Source: an uncultured Clostridia bacterium (GTDB lineage: Bacteria; Bacillota; Clostridia; Oscillospirales; Ruminococcaceae). Taken from it: a DNA stretch of 46,392 nucleotides. Both the position numbers and the translations under genes were made by a program. Positions 9,098 through 17,575 of the stretch are shown here, in pieces. The notes below the pieces were generated by a model. The model had not been told where the DNA came from, ran no database searches, and worked only from the letters and a program-made list of their open reading frames with translations. The stretch is taken from assembly GCA_945935925.1 (NCBI GenBank), contig CAMERU010000001.1, positions 1-46,392 on the forward strand. Reading direction: 5' to 3'. The number at the start of each line of letters is the position of its first letter. Position 1 is the stretch's first letter.

Positions 9098-9955
9098 ATG
9101 GAATTTGTTATAGTAACGGGTATGTCGGGCTCGGGCAAGTCCTCCGCGGTAAAGGTTCTGGAGGATATCGGCTTTTTCTGTATCGACAATATGCCGCCGC
9201 AGCTTATACCCAATTTTGCGGCGATGTGCAACGAAAACAGCGAGATATCCCGCGTGGCTATAGTTACGGATATACGCGGCGGCGCGATGTTCTTCAAGCT
9301 AAGCGAATGCATTTCCAAGCTTCATATCGCGGGGATCGACGTTAAGGTGCTGTATCTCGAGGCAAGCAAGGAAACGCTTATGAAGCGCTACAAGGAAACG
9401 CGCCGCAAGCACCCGCTGGACGAGATATCGGGCGGCGACCTTTCAAAGGCGATCGACGCGGAGGCGGAGCTTCTCAGCGAGATACGCGAAAACGCGGATT
9501 ACATAGTGGACAGCTCTCTCATAAGCACGGGCAAGCTCAAGGAGCAGATAGCGGAGCTTTTCATGGACAAGCCCACCGACCGCATGATAGTCAGCTGCAT
9601 GAGCTTCGGATTCAAGTACGGCGTACCGGGGGAGGCTGACCTTGTGTTTGACGTGCGCTGCCTGCCAAATCCGTTCTACATACCCGAGCTTAAAAAGAAA
9701 ACGGGGCTTGACAAAGAGGTTCGGGATTACGTCATGAGCTTTGAACAGTCGCAGACGCTCGAAACAAAGCTGCGCGACCTTATCGACTTCCTTATCCCGT
9801 GCTACCTCGGCGAGGGGAAAAGCCGCCTTGTTATCGCGTTCGGCTGCACGGGCGGGAAGCACAGGAGCATTACCTTTGCAAAAAGAATGGCTGATTATCT
9901 TTCCGAAAAGGAATGCAACGTGAGAACGCTGCACAGGGATATTGATAAAAACTGA
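9098..9955 (+). CDS. rapZ: RNase adapter RapZ/YvcJ-family P-loop protein
   Basis: IVTGMSGSGKS, FCIDNMPP, DIRG, SFGFKYG, DVRCLPNP, GCTGGKHRS; ATG 9098 after AGGAG. Confidence 0.95.
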   Translation: MEFVIVTGMSGSGKSSAVKVLEDIGFFCIDNMPPQLIPNFAAMCNENSEISRVAIVTDIRGGAMFFKLSECISKLHIAGIDVKVLYLEASKETLMKRYKETRRKHPLDEISGGDLSKAIDAEAELLSEIRENADYIVDSSLISTGKLKEQIAELFMDKPTDRMIVSCMSFGFKYGVPGEADLVFDVRCLPNPFYIPELKKKTGLDKEVRDYVMSFEQSQTLETKLRDLIDFLIPCYLGEGKSRLVIAFGCTGGKHRSITFAKRMADYLSEKECNVRTLHRDIDKN

Positions 9956-9983
9956 CCGCTGCGGCGGGAAAGGCGGTGTTTCC

Positions 9984-10883
9984 GTGTCATTTTCGTCCGA
10001 GATAAAAAAGGAGCTTTGCTCCGTTAAGGATATGAGCGGCGGAGAGATGGCTGCCATGCTTTACGGAATGTTTTTCGCGGGGCGTACTGCCGACGGCAGA
10101 CCCGTTATACAGTCGGAAAACGCCGACCTCATCGCGGCGGCGCGGAGCCTTTCCGAGGAGATCTTCCCCGAAACGAAGCACGGAACGACGCGCCTTGTCA
10201 GAAGCGGCGGCTCGCTTTATACCTTTTCGGTAAAGAGCGGGGCGGAACTCATTGCGGAGCGCTTCGGGGATATTTCGGAGATAAATACCGCCGTTGTTTC
10301 GGGCAACGACGAGGAGAGCGGCGCGTTTCTGCGCGGCGTGTTCGTGTCCTGCGGCTCGGTCACCGACCCGAATAAGGAATACCACCTTGAACTCGTCCTC
10401 CCCGACAGCTGCCGCGCGGAGCAGCTGTACAGCTTTATCCGCGAGCACGGAATGGCGTTTAAGCTGACGCGCAGGCGCGGGAGTGCGGTGCTTTACGCAA
10501 AGGAGAGCGAGCTTATCGAGGACTTCCTGACCTATATCGGCGCGGGGCTGCGTTCGCTTGAAATAATGCAGATAAAGATAGAGAAGGATCTGCGCAACCG
10601 TGCGAACCGCACCGTGAACTGCGACAGCGCGAACCTCGACAAGACTGTCGCCGCCTCGGGAAAGTGCTGCCGCGACATTGAGCTCATCATAAACACGATC
10701 GGCGCGGACAAGCTTTCGCCCGACTTGCGCGAAACCGCTCTGATAAGGCTTAACAACCGCGAAAGCTCGCTCGGAGAGCTGTGCCGTATGTTTGAAAAGC
10801 CGATAAGCCGAAGCGGGCTCAACCACCGGCTGAAGAAGCTGTCCGCGATCGCCGACGAGATACGTCACGGCGGGCAGAAATAA
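9984..10883 (+). CDS. whiA: DNA-binding protein WhiA
   Basis: (M)SFSSEIKKEL, FLRGVFVSCGSVTDPNKEYHLE, NRTVNCDSANLDKT, ISRSGLNHRLKKL; GTG 9984. Confidence 0.95.
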   Translation: MSFSSEIKKELCSVKDMSGGEMAAMLYGMFFAGRTADGRPVIQSENADLIAAARSLSEEIFPETKHGTTRLVRSGGSLYTFSVKSGAELIAERFGDISEINTAVVSGNDEESGAFLRGVFVSCGSVTDPNKEYHLELVLPDSCRAEQLYSFIREHGMAFKLTRRRGSAVLYAKESELIEDFLTYIGAGLRSLEIMQIKIEKDLRNRANRTVNCDSANLDKTVAASGKCCRDIELIINTIGADKLSPDLRETALIRLNNRESSLGELCRMFEKPISRSGLNHRLKKLSAIADEIRHGGQK

Positions 10884-10913
10884 AGACAGAAAAGAACTGT
10901 TTAAGGGCAAGAC

Positions 10914-11648
10914 ATGAAAAACAAACCGGAAATAAAAGCCGCGCTTAAAGCGGCGTTTCCTTACACCCTGCCCATAATGGCGGGGTTTTTGTTCCTTGGC
11001 GCGGCATACGGTATATACGCGCGCACAGAGGGGCTTGCCGCCGCGTATCCGATACTTATGGCGGCGGTGATATTTGCGGGATCGCTTGAGTTTGTGGCGG
11101 TGGATATGCTGACAAGCGGGGTTTTCGACCCGATAAACGCGCTCGTTATGACGTTAACGGTCAACGCGCGGCATTTGTTTTACGGAATATCCATGCTTGA
11201 TAAATACCGCGCGGCGGGTAAGAAGCGGTGGTATCTCATATTCGGAATGTGCGACGAAAGCTTCTCGATAAACTGCACCGCGCAGCCGCCCGCGGGGATA
11301 GACCGCAGCCTGTTTTATTTCTGGGTCACGCTGTTAAATCAGGTGTATTGGGTCAGCGGAGCGGCGCTCGGCGCGCTTGCGGGCGGGTTGATAAATTTCG
11401 ACCTGCCGGGGCTGGACTTCGTTATGACGGCGCTTATGGTGGTGATATTTCTCGACAACTGGCTCAAGGAAAAACAGCATTACAGCTCCCTTATCGGGCT
11501 TGGAGTGTCGCTTGCCTGCCTGCTGATCTTCGGCAGCGGCAGTTTCATTATCCCGTCAATGGTAGTAATGCTGATAGTGCTGACGCTGCTCAGAAAGCCG
11601 ATAGAAAAGGCGGCGGACGCTGCCTCCGAAAAGGAGGCGCAGCCATGA
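10914..11648 (+). CDS. azlC: AzlC-family branched-chain amino acid exporter subunit
   Basis: [42 protein letters not shown]. Confidence 0.93.
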   Translation: MKNKPEIKAALKAAFPYTLPIMAGFLFLGAAYGIYARTEGLAAAYPILMAAVIFAGSLEFVAVDMLTSGVFDPINALVMTLTVNARHLFYGISMLDKYRAAGKKRWYLIFGMCDESFSINCTAQPPAGIDRSLFYFWVTLLNQVYWVSGAALGALAGGLINFDLPGLDFVMTALMVVIFLDNWLKEKQHYSSLIGLGVSLACLLIFGSGSFIIPSMVVMLIVLTLLRKPIEKAADAASEKEAQP

Positions 11649-11974
11649 CGCAGGTTCAAATGCTCATAACCATTGCAATGTGCGTTATCGGGACAATGCT
11701 CACAAGGTTCCTGCCGTTTATGGTATTTCCGTCGGGGAAGCCCGTCCCGAAATATGTGCAGTATCTGGGCAAGGCTCTGCCCGGCGCGGCACTGGGGCTG
11801 CTTGTGATATACTGCTTCAAGGGCGTTGATATCCTTTCCGGCTCGCATGGGCTGCCCGAGCTTATTTCCCTTGCTGTGATAACCGCGCTGCATTTGTGGC
11901 GGCGGAATATGCTGCTGTCTGTCGGCGCGGGCACGGCGGCGTATATGATGCTTGTGAATTTTGTGTTTAAATAA
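11645..11974 (+). CDS. azlD: AzlD-family exporter subunit
   Basis: ATGA overlap with azlC; [30 protein letters not shown]. Confidence 0.92.
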   Translation: MTQVQMLITIAMCVIGTMLTRFLPFMVFPSGKPVPKYVQYLGKALPGAALGLLVIYCFKGVDILSGSHGLPELISLAVITALHLWRRNMLLSVGAGTAAYMMLVNFVFK

Positions 11975-11976
11975 CA

Positions 11977-12007
11977 AAACGCACAGACTATAACAGCCTG
12001 TGCGTTT
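11977..12007. terminator. Bidirectional terminator between azlD and ferredoxin gene
   Basis: AAACGCACAG...CTGTGCGTTT hairpin between convergent genes. Confidence 0.75.
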
Positions 12008-12013
12008 GAAGCG

Positions 12014-12199
12014 TTATTCCTTAATATGGATCACCTCGACGGGGCAGCCTACTGCCGCGTCCCTGACCTGAATTTCAAAGCCGTCAGGGCTTTTATAGGT
12101 TTCGGACAGCCCGTCGTCCGCCATTCGGAAAACCTCCGGGCAGATCTCCGCGCACATTCCGCAGCCTATGCAGCCTTCGCGGTCGATATTCACTTTCAT
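12014..12199 (-). CDS. Single-cluster ferredoxin (61 aa)
   Basis: MKVNIDREGCIGCGMCAEICPEVF...GCPVEVI; GGAGG RBS before ATG 12199. Confidence 0.92.
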   Translation of the reverse strand: MKVNIDREGCIGCGMCAEICPEVFRMADDGLSETYKSPDGFEIQVRDAAVGCPVEVIHIKE

Positions 12200-12230
12200 A
12201 ATGGCACCTCCCATTCGCATTGTGCGAGGG

Positions 12231-12260
12231 TATTATTGCCGGACAGGAAATGATTTATTC
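12231..12260 (-). promoter_or_regulatory. Forespore SigF/SigG-like promoter of ferredoxin gene
   Basis: GAATA-15 nt-GGCAATAATA on the minus strand. Confidence 0.5.
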
Positions 12261-12262
12261 GG

Positions 12263-12883
12263 TCAGCGTATGAAATTCGTGCGGATAACCGGTTCTCTTT
12301 CGGGGAAGCTTATACCCGCCGCCTTTCCCGCTTCGATACAGCGCAGCAGCCACGCCATATTGCGCGCCAGCGTGCGCATGGTCTGAAGTCCCTCCTCGTC
12401 TTTCATGACGTCCTCGGGACAGCTTCCGTGAACCTGATTCCAATACTGAGAGGATACTATCGGCATACAGTTTATCGTGAAATATTTGTTGAGCTGGTCG
12501 AAAGCAGCCGACGCGCCGCCCCTGCGGCAGCTCACGATATTCGCGGCGGGCTTTCCTCTCAATACCTTGCCGCCCGAATAGAACGCCCTGTCCATAAATG
12601 AGGTCATAGCGCCGCTTGCCGCCGCGTAATGAACGGGCGACCCGAAAATGAAGCCGTCTGCGCCTTCCGCTTTCTGCTTAAATTCGTTTACGCAGTCATC
12701 AACGAAGCAGCGGTGGAGCTTTGCGCACGCGCCGCAGCCGATGCAGCCTGCTATGGGCTTATTCCCCAACCAGAAGATCTCGGATTCGATCCCGCATTCG
12801 CCGAGCGTTTTTTCGATCTCTTTAAGCGCGGTGTAGGTACAGCCGTGCTCATGCGGGCTTCCGTTAACAAGAATTACTTTCAT
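12263..12883 (-). CDS. Flavodoxin-fold NAD(P)H-dependent FMN reductase / iron-sulfur flavoprotein
   Basis: VNGSPHEHGCT, CIGCGAC...C, FGSPVHYA, RRGG, SSQYWN, DEEGLQTMR. Confidence 0.9.
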   Translation of the reverse strand: MKVILVNGSPHEHGCTYTALKEIEKTLGECGIESEIFWLGNKPIAGCIGCGACAKLHRCFVDDCVNEFKQKAEGADGFIFGSPVHYAAASGAMTSFMDRAFYSGGKVLRGKPAANIVSCRRGGASAAFDQLNKYFTINCMPIVSSQYWNQVHGSCPEDVMKDEEGLQTMRTLARNMAWLLRCIEAGKAAGISFPEREPVIRTNFIR

Positions 12884-12925
12884 ATCATTTACCTCCGTTT
12901 TACCGCAGATATGCTCTGCACATAT

Positions 12926-12956
12926 ATTATATTACATGAAGTTCACACAAAGTCAA
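12926..12956 (-). promoter_or_regulatory. Promoter with 19-bp spacer (MerR-type architecture)
   Basis: TTGACT-19 nt-TATAAT; the imperfect dyad CTTTGTGTGAACTTCATG spans the -35 end and the spacer. Confidence 0.55.
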
Positions 12957-13006
12957 TAGCCGGCGGTGAATTTTCATCATTTTTTCAGAAAGAGAAGGAA
13001 CAGAAA

Positions 13007-13936
13007 GTGGAGAAAAAACTTACAAAGACCTATGTAGTCGTATTACTGGCGATGGTTTGCTGTATGCTGTGGGGAAGCGCGTTCCCCGTGATAAAGCTGG
13101 GCTACGCGGAGTTTTGCATTGACGGCGGCGACACCGCCTCGCAGATATTGTTCGCGGGCTGCCGCTTTTTCCTCGCGGGGGTACTTGCATGGATATTCGG
13201 GAGCATTGCCGCGAAAAAACCGCTGCTCCCGAAAAAGCGTTCTATAAAGAAAATAGCGCTGCTCGCCCTGTTTCAGACTGTATTGCAGTATATGTTCTTT
13301 TATATGGGACTTGCGCACTGCTCGGGCGTTAAATCCTCCGTTATCGACGGCACTAGCGCGTTCGTTAGCGTGCTGCTTTCGGCGCTTGTTTTCCGTATGG
13401 AGAAGCTGACCCCTGCGAAGGTCATAGGGTGCGTCCTCGGCGTTGCGGGGATCGTCGTCGTCAACCTCGGCGGCGAAATGGGCGGCGGCTTTGCGCTCAA
13501 CGGAGAGGGCTTCATCGTCATTTCAATGCTCTCCTATGCCATGTCTACTATCCTTATCCGCCGCTTTACCGCCGACGGCGACGACCCCGTTATGCTTTCC
13601 GCGATACAGTTCGTTGTCGGCGGAGTGTTCATGACCGCGGCGGGGCTGCTCCTCGGCGGCAGGCTCACCGTGCTTACCCCTGCGGGCGCAGGGCTGCTGC
13701 TGTATCTCGGCGCGCTTTCGGCGGTGGCATATTCGCTTTGGTCGCTGCTGCTGAAATATAATCCCGTGAGCAAGGTGGCGGTGTTCGGCTTCATGACGCC
13801 GATATGCGGCGTGCTGCTGTCTGCGCTTTTCCTCGGGGAAACAAAGCAGGCGTTCAGCATAAACGCGCTCGCAGCACTGCTGCTTGTCTGCTCGGGAATT
13901 TATATCGTCAACCGAAAGCAGAAGAATGAATCCTGA
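13007..13936 (+). CDS. DMT/EamA-family transporter
   Basis: LWGSAFPVIK, about 10 hydrophobic segments in two EamA repeats; GTG 13007 after AAGGA. The ORF-track 5' extension is antisense to the flavoprotein gene. Confidence 0.9.
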   Translation: MEKKLTKTYVVVLLAMVCCMLWGSAFPVIKLGYAEFCIDGGDTASQILFAGCRFFLAGVLAWIFGSIAAKKPLLPKKRSIKKIALLALFQTVLQYMFFYMGLAHCSGVKSSVIDGTSAFVSVLLSALVFRMEKLTPAKVIGCVLGVAGIVVVNLGGEMGGGFALNGEGFIVISMLSYAMSTILIRRFTADGDDPVMLSAIQFVVGGVFMTAAGLLLGGRLTVLTPAGAGLLLYLGALSAVAYSLWSLLLKYNPVSKVAVFGFMTPICGVLLSALFLGETKQAFSINALAALLLVCSGIYIVNRKQKNES

Positions 13937-14007
13937 ATTTGTGCATTATTAACGAAAACGTTGTATGCTTTTTCTCTGTTTGATGTTGAAATTTTACTAT
14001 AATCACC

Positions 14008-14036
14008 TTGATTTCTTTGAAGAAATATAGTATAAT
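14008..14036 (+). promoter_or_regulatory. SigA promoter of chemoreceptor-fucO unit
   Basis: TTGATT-17 nt-TATAAT. Confidence 0.7.
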
Positions 14037-14077
14037 TAATATAAATTAAACATTGATGTTACAAAGGAGATAAAGCT

Positions 14078-15088
14078 ATGGATTTAGAACACCTTACTCT
14101 TTTAGACGTAATAGACAGAAGCACGCTTCAGTCGCTTCAGGACGCATTTTCCGACGCGACGGGAATGGCTGCCCTCGCGACGGACGACACCGGCGCGGTA
14201 ACACATCTCAGCAATCCGACGGATTTCTGCATGAAATACACCAGAAAGTCCCCTGTCGGCTGCGAACGCTGCAACAAGTGCGACCTTCAGGGCGGCGCGG
14301 AAGCCTCCAGAACGGGCAGACCGTCCGTGTACTACTGCCACGGCGGACTTGTTGACTTCGCCGCTCCCATTATTGTCAACGGAAAGCACATAGGCTCGCT
14401 TATCGGCGGACAGGTGCTCACCGAGGAGCCTGACGAAAACAAATTCCGCAGGATCGCTGTCGAGATCGGCGTTGACCCCGACGAATACATCGCGGCTCTC
14501 CGCAAGGTAAAGATAGTCCCCAAGGAAAAGGTAGACGCGGCGGCAAATCTGCTGTATCAGATGGCGAACGCGCTGTCCATGGCGGGATATCAGCACGCTC
14601 TCGCACTGGATAAGATGGAGCGCGAAAAGGCGGACGCGGAAAAGCTTAACAAGGCAGTCGCGGACATCGTTGAAAAGATCGCCAATGTTGACAAGTCCAT
14701 AAAGGCTCTTGAGGACAGCTTCTCGACGATAAAGGACGCTGCCGCCGCCTCCGCAAAGGCGGTCGACAACACAGACGGCATTGTCAAGACCATAGAGAAC
14801 GCTTCAACGCAGCTCACCCTTATCGGCTTCAATGCTTCCATAGAAGCGAAGCGCGCGGGCGCGGCGGGTGCAGGCTTCAACGTTATCGCGCAGGAGGTCC
14901 GCACGCTTGCCGACAAGAACACGAAGCAGGCGGGCGAGATCGAAAACACGCTCAACGGCATAAAGAAAGCGATGAACGATATCAACAATCAGATAAAGAC
15001 GGTTTACGCGGGAATTGAAAAGACCGCTTCCGAGATAGAAGCGCTTTCCGCACTTGTCAAGGACACCGGGAACGTTTCCGAAAAGTAA
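14078..15088 (+). CDS. Soluble chemoreceptor: PocR sensor domain plus MCP signalling domain
   Basis: LQSLQDAFSDATG, DFCMKYTR...CERCNKCD, YYCHGGLVDFAAPIIVNGKHIGSLIGGQV (PocR); FNASIEAKRAGAAGAGFNVIAQEVRTLA (MCP tip); no TM segment. Confidence 0.88.
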   Translation: MDLEHLTLLDVIDRSTLQSLQDAFSDATGMAALATDDTGAVTHLSNPTDFCMKYTRKSPVGCERCNKCDLQGGAEASRTGRPSVYYCHGGLVDFAAPIIVNGKHIGSLIGGQVLTEEPDENKFRRIAVEIGVDPDEYIAALRKVKIVPKEKVDAAANLLYQMANALSMAGYQHALALDKMEREKADAEKLNKAVADIVEKIANVDKSIKALEDSFSTIKDAAAASAKAVDNTDGIVKTIENASTQLTLIGFNASIEAKRAGAAGAGFNVIAQEVRTLADKNTKQAGEIENTLNGIKKAMNDINNQIKTVYAGIEKTASEIEALSALVKDTGNVSEK

Positions 15089-15144
15089 TGTAAATAAAGG
15101 GCACAGTGCCTTAAAGAATATATGATCAGAAAGGATAATCATTT

Positions 15145-16293
15145 ATGGCAAATCGTTTTATTCTCAACGAAACCTCCTATCATGGCAAGGGCGCAATCTC
15201 CGCTGTTGCAGACGAGGCAAAGAACAGGGGCTTCAAAAAGGCGTTCGTATGCTCCGACCCTGATCTTATAAAGTTCGGCGTTACCAAGAAGGTGACAGAC
15301 GTGCTTGACGCGGCTTCTCTGCCCTATGAGCTGTATTCCGACATCAAGCCCAACCCCACCATTGAGAACGTTCAGCACGGCGTTGAAGCATTCAAGAAGA
15401 GCGGCGCGGACTACATAGTTGCTATCGGCGGCGGCTCCTCCATGGACACCGCTAAGGCGATCGGCATTATCATCAACAACCCCGAGTTCGCTGATGTAAG
15501 AAGCCTTGAGGGCGTTGCTCCCACAAAGAAGCCCGCAGTTCCGATCATCGCTGTTCCCACCACCGCGGGCACGGCTGCCGAGGTTACTATCAACTACGTT
15601 ATCACCGACGCAGAAAAGGACAGAAAGATGGTCTGCGTTGACCCGCACGACATTCCTGTCGTAGCAGTTGTTGACCCCGACATGATGAGCAGTATGCCCA
15701 AGGGTCTTACCGCCGCAACAGGCATGGACGCGCTGACACACGCTATCGAGGGCTACATCACCAAGGGCGCATGGACGCTGTCCGATATGTTCCACCTCAA
15801 GGCTATCGAGATCATTTCCGCTTCGCTTCGCGGCGCGGTTGAGAACACCGCAGAGGGACGCGAGGGCATGGCTCTCGGTCAGTACGTTGCGGGCATGGGC
15901 TTCTCCAACGTTGGTCTGGGTATCGTTCACTCCATGGCACACCCGCTCGGCGCGCTGTATGACACTCCCCACGGTATCGCAAACGCGATAATCCTCCCGA
16001 CTGTAATGGAATACAATGCTCCCATGACAGGCGAGAAGTACCGCGATATCGCTAAGGCAATGGGCGTTAAGGGCACCGAGAGCATGACGCAGGAGGAATA
16101 CAGAAAGGCAGCCGTTGACGCAGTTAAGCAGCTTGCTGCCGATGTAGGTATCCCCGCAAACCTCAAGGATATCGTAAAGGCAGAGGATATTCCTTTCCTC
16201 GCACAGTCCGCTTACGACGACGCTTGCCGTCCCGGCAACCCGAGAGATACTTCCGTTGAGGAGATCACCGAGCTTTACAAGAGCCTTATCTGA
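15145..16293 (+). CDS. fucO: Lactaldehyde reductase / 1,2-propanediol oxidoreductase (Fe-ADH)
   Basis: MANRFILNETSYHG, GGGSSMDTAKAIGII, PTTAGTAAEVTINYVITD, GMDALTHAIEGYITKGAW, GQYVAGMGFSNVGLG, HGIAN. Confidence 0.93.
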   Translation: MANRFILNETSYHGKGAISAVADEAKNRGFKKAFVCSDPDLIKFGVTKKVTDVLDAASLPYELYSDIKPNPTIENVQHGVEAFKKSGADYIVAIGGGSSMDTAKAIGIIINNPEFADVRSLEGVAPTKKPAVPIIAVPTTAGTAAEVTINYVITDAEKDRKMVCVDPHDIPVVAVVDPDMMSSMPKGLTAATGMDALTHAIEGYITKGAWTLSDMFHLKAIEIISASLRGAVENTAEGREGMALGQYVAGMGFSNVGLGIVHSMAHPLGALYDTPHGIANAIILPTVMEYNAPMTGEKYRDIAKAMGVKGTESMTQEEYRKAAVDAVKQLAADVGIPANLKDIVKAEDIPFLAQSAYDDACRPGNPRDTSVEEITELYKSLI

Positions 16294-16309
16294 TTGGTTA
16301 AATAATTGC

Positions 16310-16572
16310 AGCCGCCGGTTACAATGCCGGCGGCTCATCTTGTCGAAGAATACGTTTTGCCCGCGCAGCGGGCATTTTAAATCCGTTTTTTGCCACGGGT
16401 CTCCCGGGGCAAAAAACACTTCTATCCGCGCAAGTGTGTCAGAAACGGCTACGCCTTATTCTCGGTATGGCGGCTATGCCGCCATACCGTGCGCGCAGTG
16501 CGGATGCTCTCTGTCGGAAAAGTCTTTAGACTTTTTCGACAGACTGAGCCGCCGGTTACAATGCCGGCGGCT
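16310..16572. repeat. 26-bp direct repeat (duplicated terminator hairpin) at 16310-16335 and 16547-16572
   Basis: AGCCGCCGGTTACAATGCCGGCGGCT occurs twice, identical, flanking a 211-bp insert. Confidence 0.95.
16336..16546. mobile_element. Non-autonomous MITE-like element (IS1182-like target behaviour)
   Basis: Imperfect terminal inverted repeats CATCTTGTCGAAGAAT / CTTTTTCGACAGACTG (11/16 match), 26-bp target duplication, four internal hairpins, no transposase. Confidence 0.72.
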
Positions 16573-16578
16573 GTTTTG

Positions 16579-17565
16579 TTATTCCTTGTTTTCGTGGGGG
16601 ACTTCCGCGCCCTCATCGGCGGGAGGCTGCTTAAATTTTATTTTGGTCAGCTTTCGTATGCGCGACCATATGAACGCCATTCCGACGAGGATAAGTTCGG
16701 GGATAGTCTGCCACAGCCTTGACACAACGGAAATGACAAGCGCATATTCCATCGGCATTATCTGCGCCAGCCCCCAAGTCATTATGCCCTCTCTTACGCC
16801 AAGCCCGCTCGGCGCGAATATCGCGAGGATACCCATTATCGCCGAAACGCCCCATATTCCCGCGCAGTAGAGCATCTGCGAAAGCTGGATATCGGGGTAG
16901 ATAGACTGCGTGAGGATAAAGAACCCGACGCCGACAATAAGCCAGTTTGCGATGAAAAGCAGTACCACCTTCAGCATCTGCGAATACTTCATCGGTATCA
17001 TGAGATCCTTTTTGAACAGCTTGCCGATAAGCTTCAGGATAAAGTTTATGATTTTCGGGTGAATGCACACGAAAAACGCGGCGATCAGCGCAATGGTTAT
17101 CCATTTGTAGTTCTCAAGCAGCTCGTTCGGGAAGAACAGCAGCGACACGATAAACAGCATTGCCGCGCCGAGCAGCGTGCAGATGTTCTCTATAAAGAAG
17201 CAGACCGTCACCTTTGGAAGCGGAGCGTCCTCCTCCTTGTAATAGGTGAGCCGCGCGGCGAGCATGAACACCTTTCCGGGGATATACTTGCCGAGTATCG
17301 AGTAGAGATAGCTTGTGACCGCCTTTTCGTATTTTATTGAGCAGCCGTTTATCATTGTGATATAATGCCACAATGACGCCAGCGTTATCTTATAGATAAA
17401 ATAGAACAGCATGGAGAAGATGAATATTCCCCAGTTAACGCCCTCTATTTTGGAGAAATCCTCGCGGTTCTTCCAGAAATACCACGCGAGAAACACGACC
17501 ACCAGCACGCCGAACGCTATCTTGCACGCCTTTAATATCTTTTGTTTGTTGACCTTTATTTTCAT
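16579..17565 (-). CDS. Flippase-like membrane protein (LPG-synthase TM / UPF0104 family)
   Basis: About 8 TM segments; SILGKYIPGKVF, APSGLGVREG, VVSRLW motifs; ATG 17565 after GAGG. Confidence 0.85.
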   Translation of the reverse strand: MKIKVNKQKILKACKIAFGVLVVVFLAWYFWKNREDFSKIEGVNWGIFIFSMLFYFIYKITLASLWHYITMINGCSIKYEKAVTSYLYSILGKYIPGKVFMLAARLTYYKEEDAPLPKVTVCFFIENICTLLGAAMLFIVSLLFFPNELLENYKWITIALIAAFFVCIHPKIINFILKLIGKLFKKDLMIPMKYSQMLKVVLLFIANWLIVGVGFFILTQSIYPDIQLSQMLYCAGIWGVSAIMGILAIFAPSGLGVREGIMTWGLAQIMPMEYALVISVVSRLWQTIPELILVGMAFIWSRIRKLTKIKFKQPPADEGAEVPHENKE

Positions 17566-17575
17566 GTTCACCGCC

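Noticed and set aside
9029-13006. ORF-track N-terminal extensions of rapZ, whiA, azlD and the DMT gene (also ispF and hydC elsewhere)
   Set aside because: Downstream starts have proper RBSs and match family N-termini; the extensions mostly overlap neighbouring genes or promoter regions.
16310-16572. Possible mini CRISPR array
   Set aside because: Only two repeats, a 211-bp spacer, the repeat is a terminator hairpin, and no cas genes are in the window.
16256-16870. ORFs crossing the MITE (204 aa, 110 aa) as a possible transposase
   Set aside because: No DDE or HUH motifs; they overlap fucO or the flippase-like gene and simply run through palindromes.
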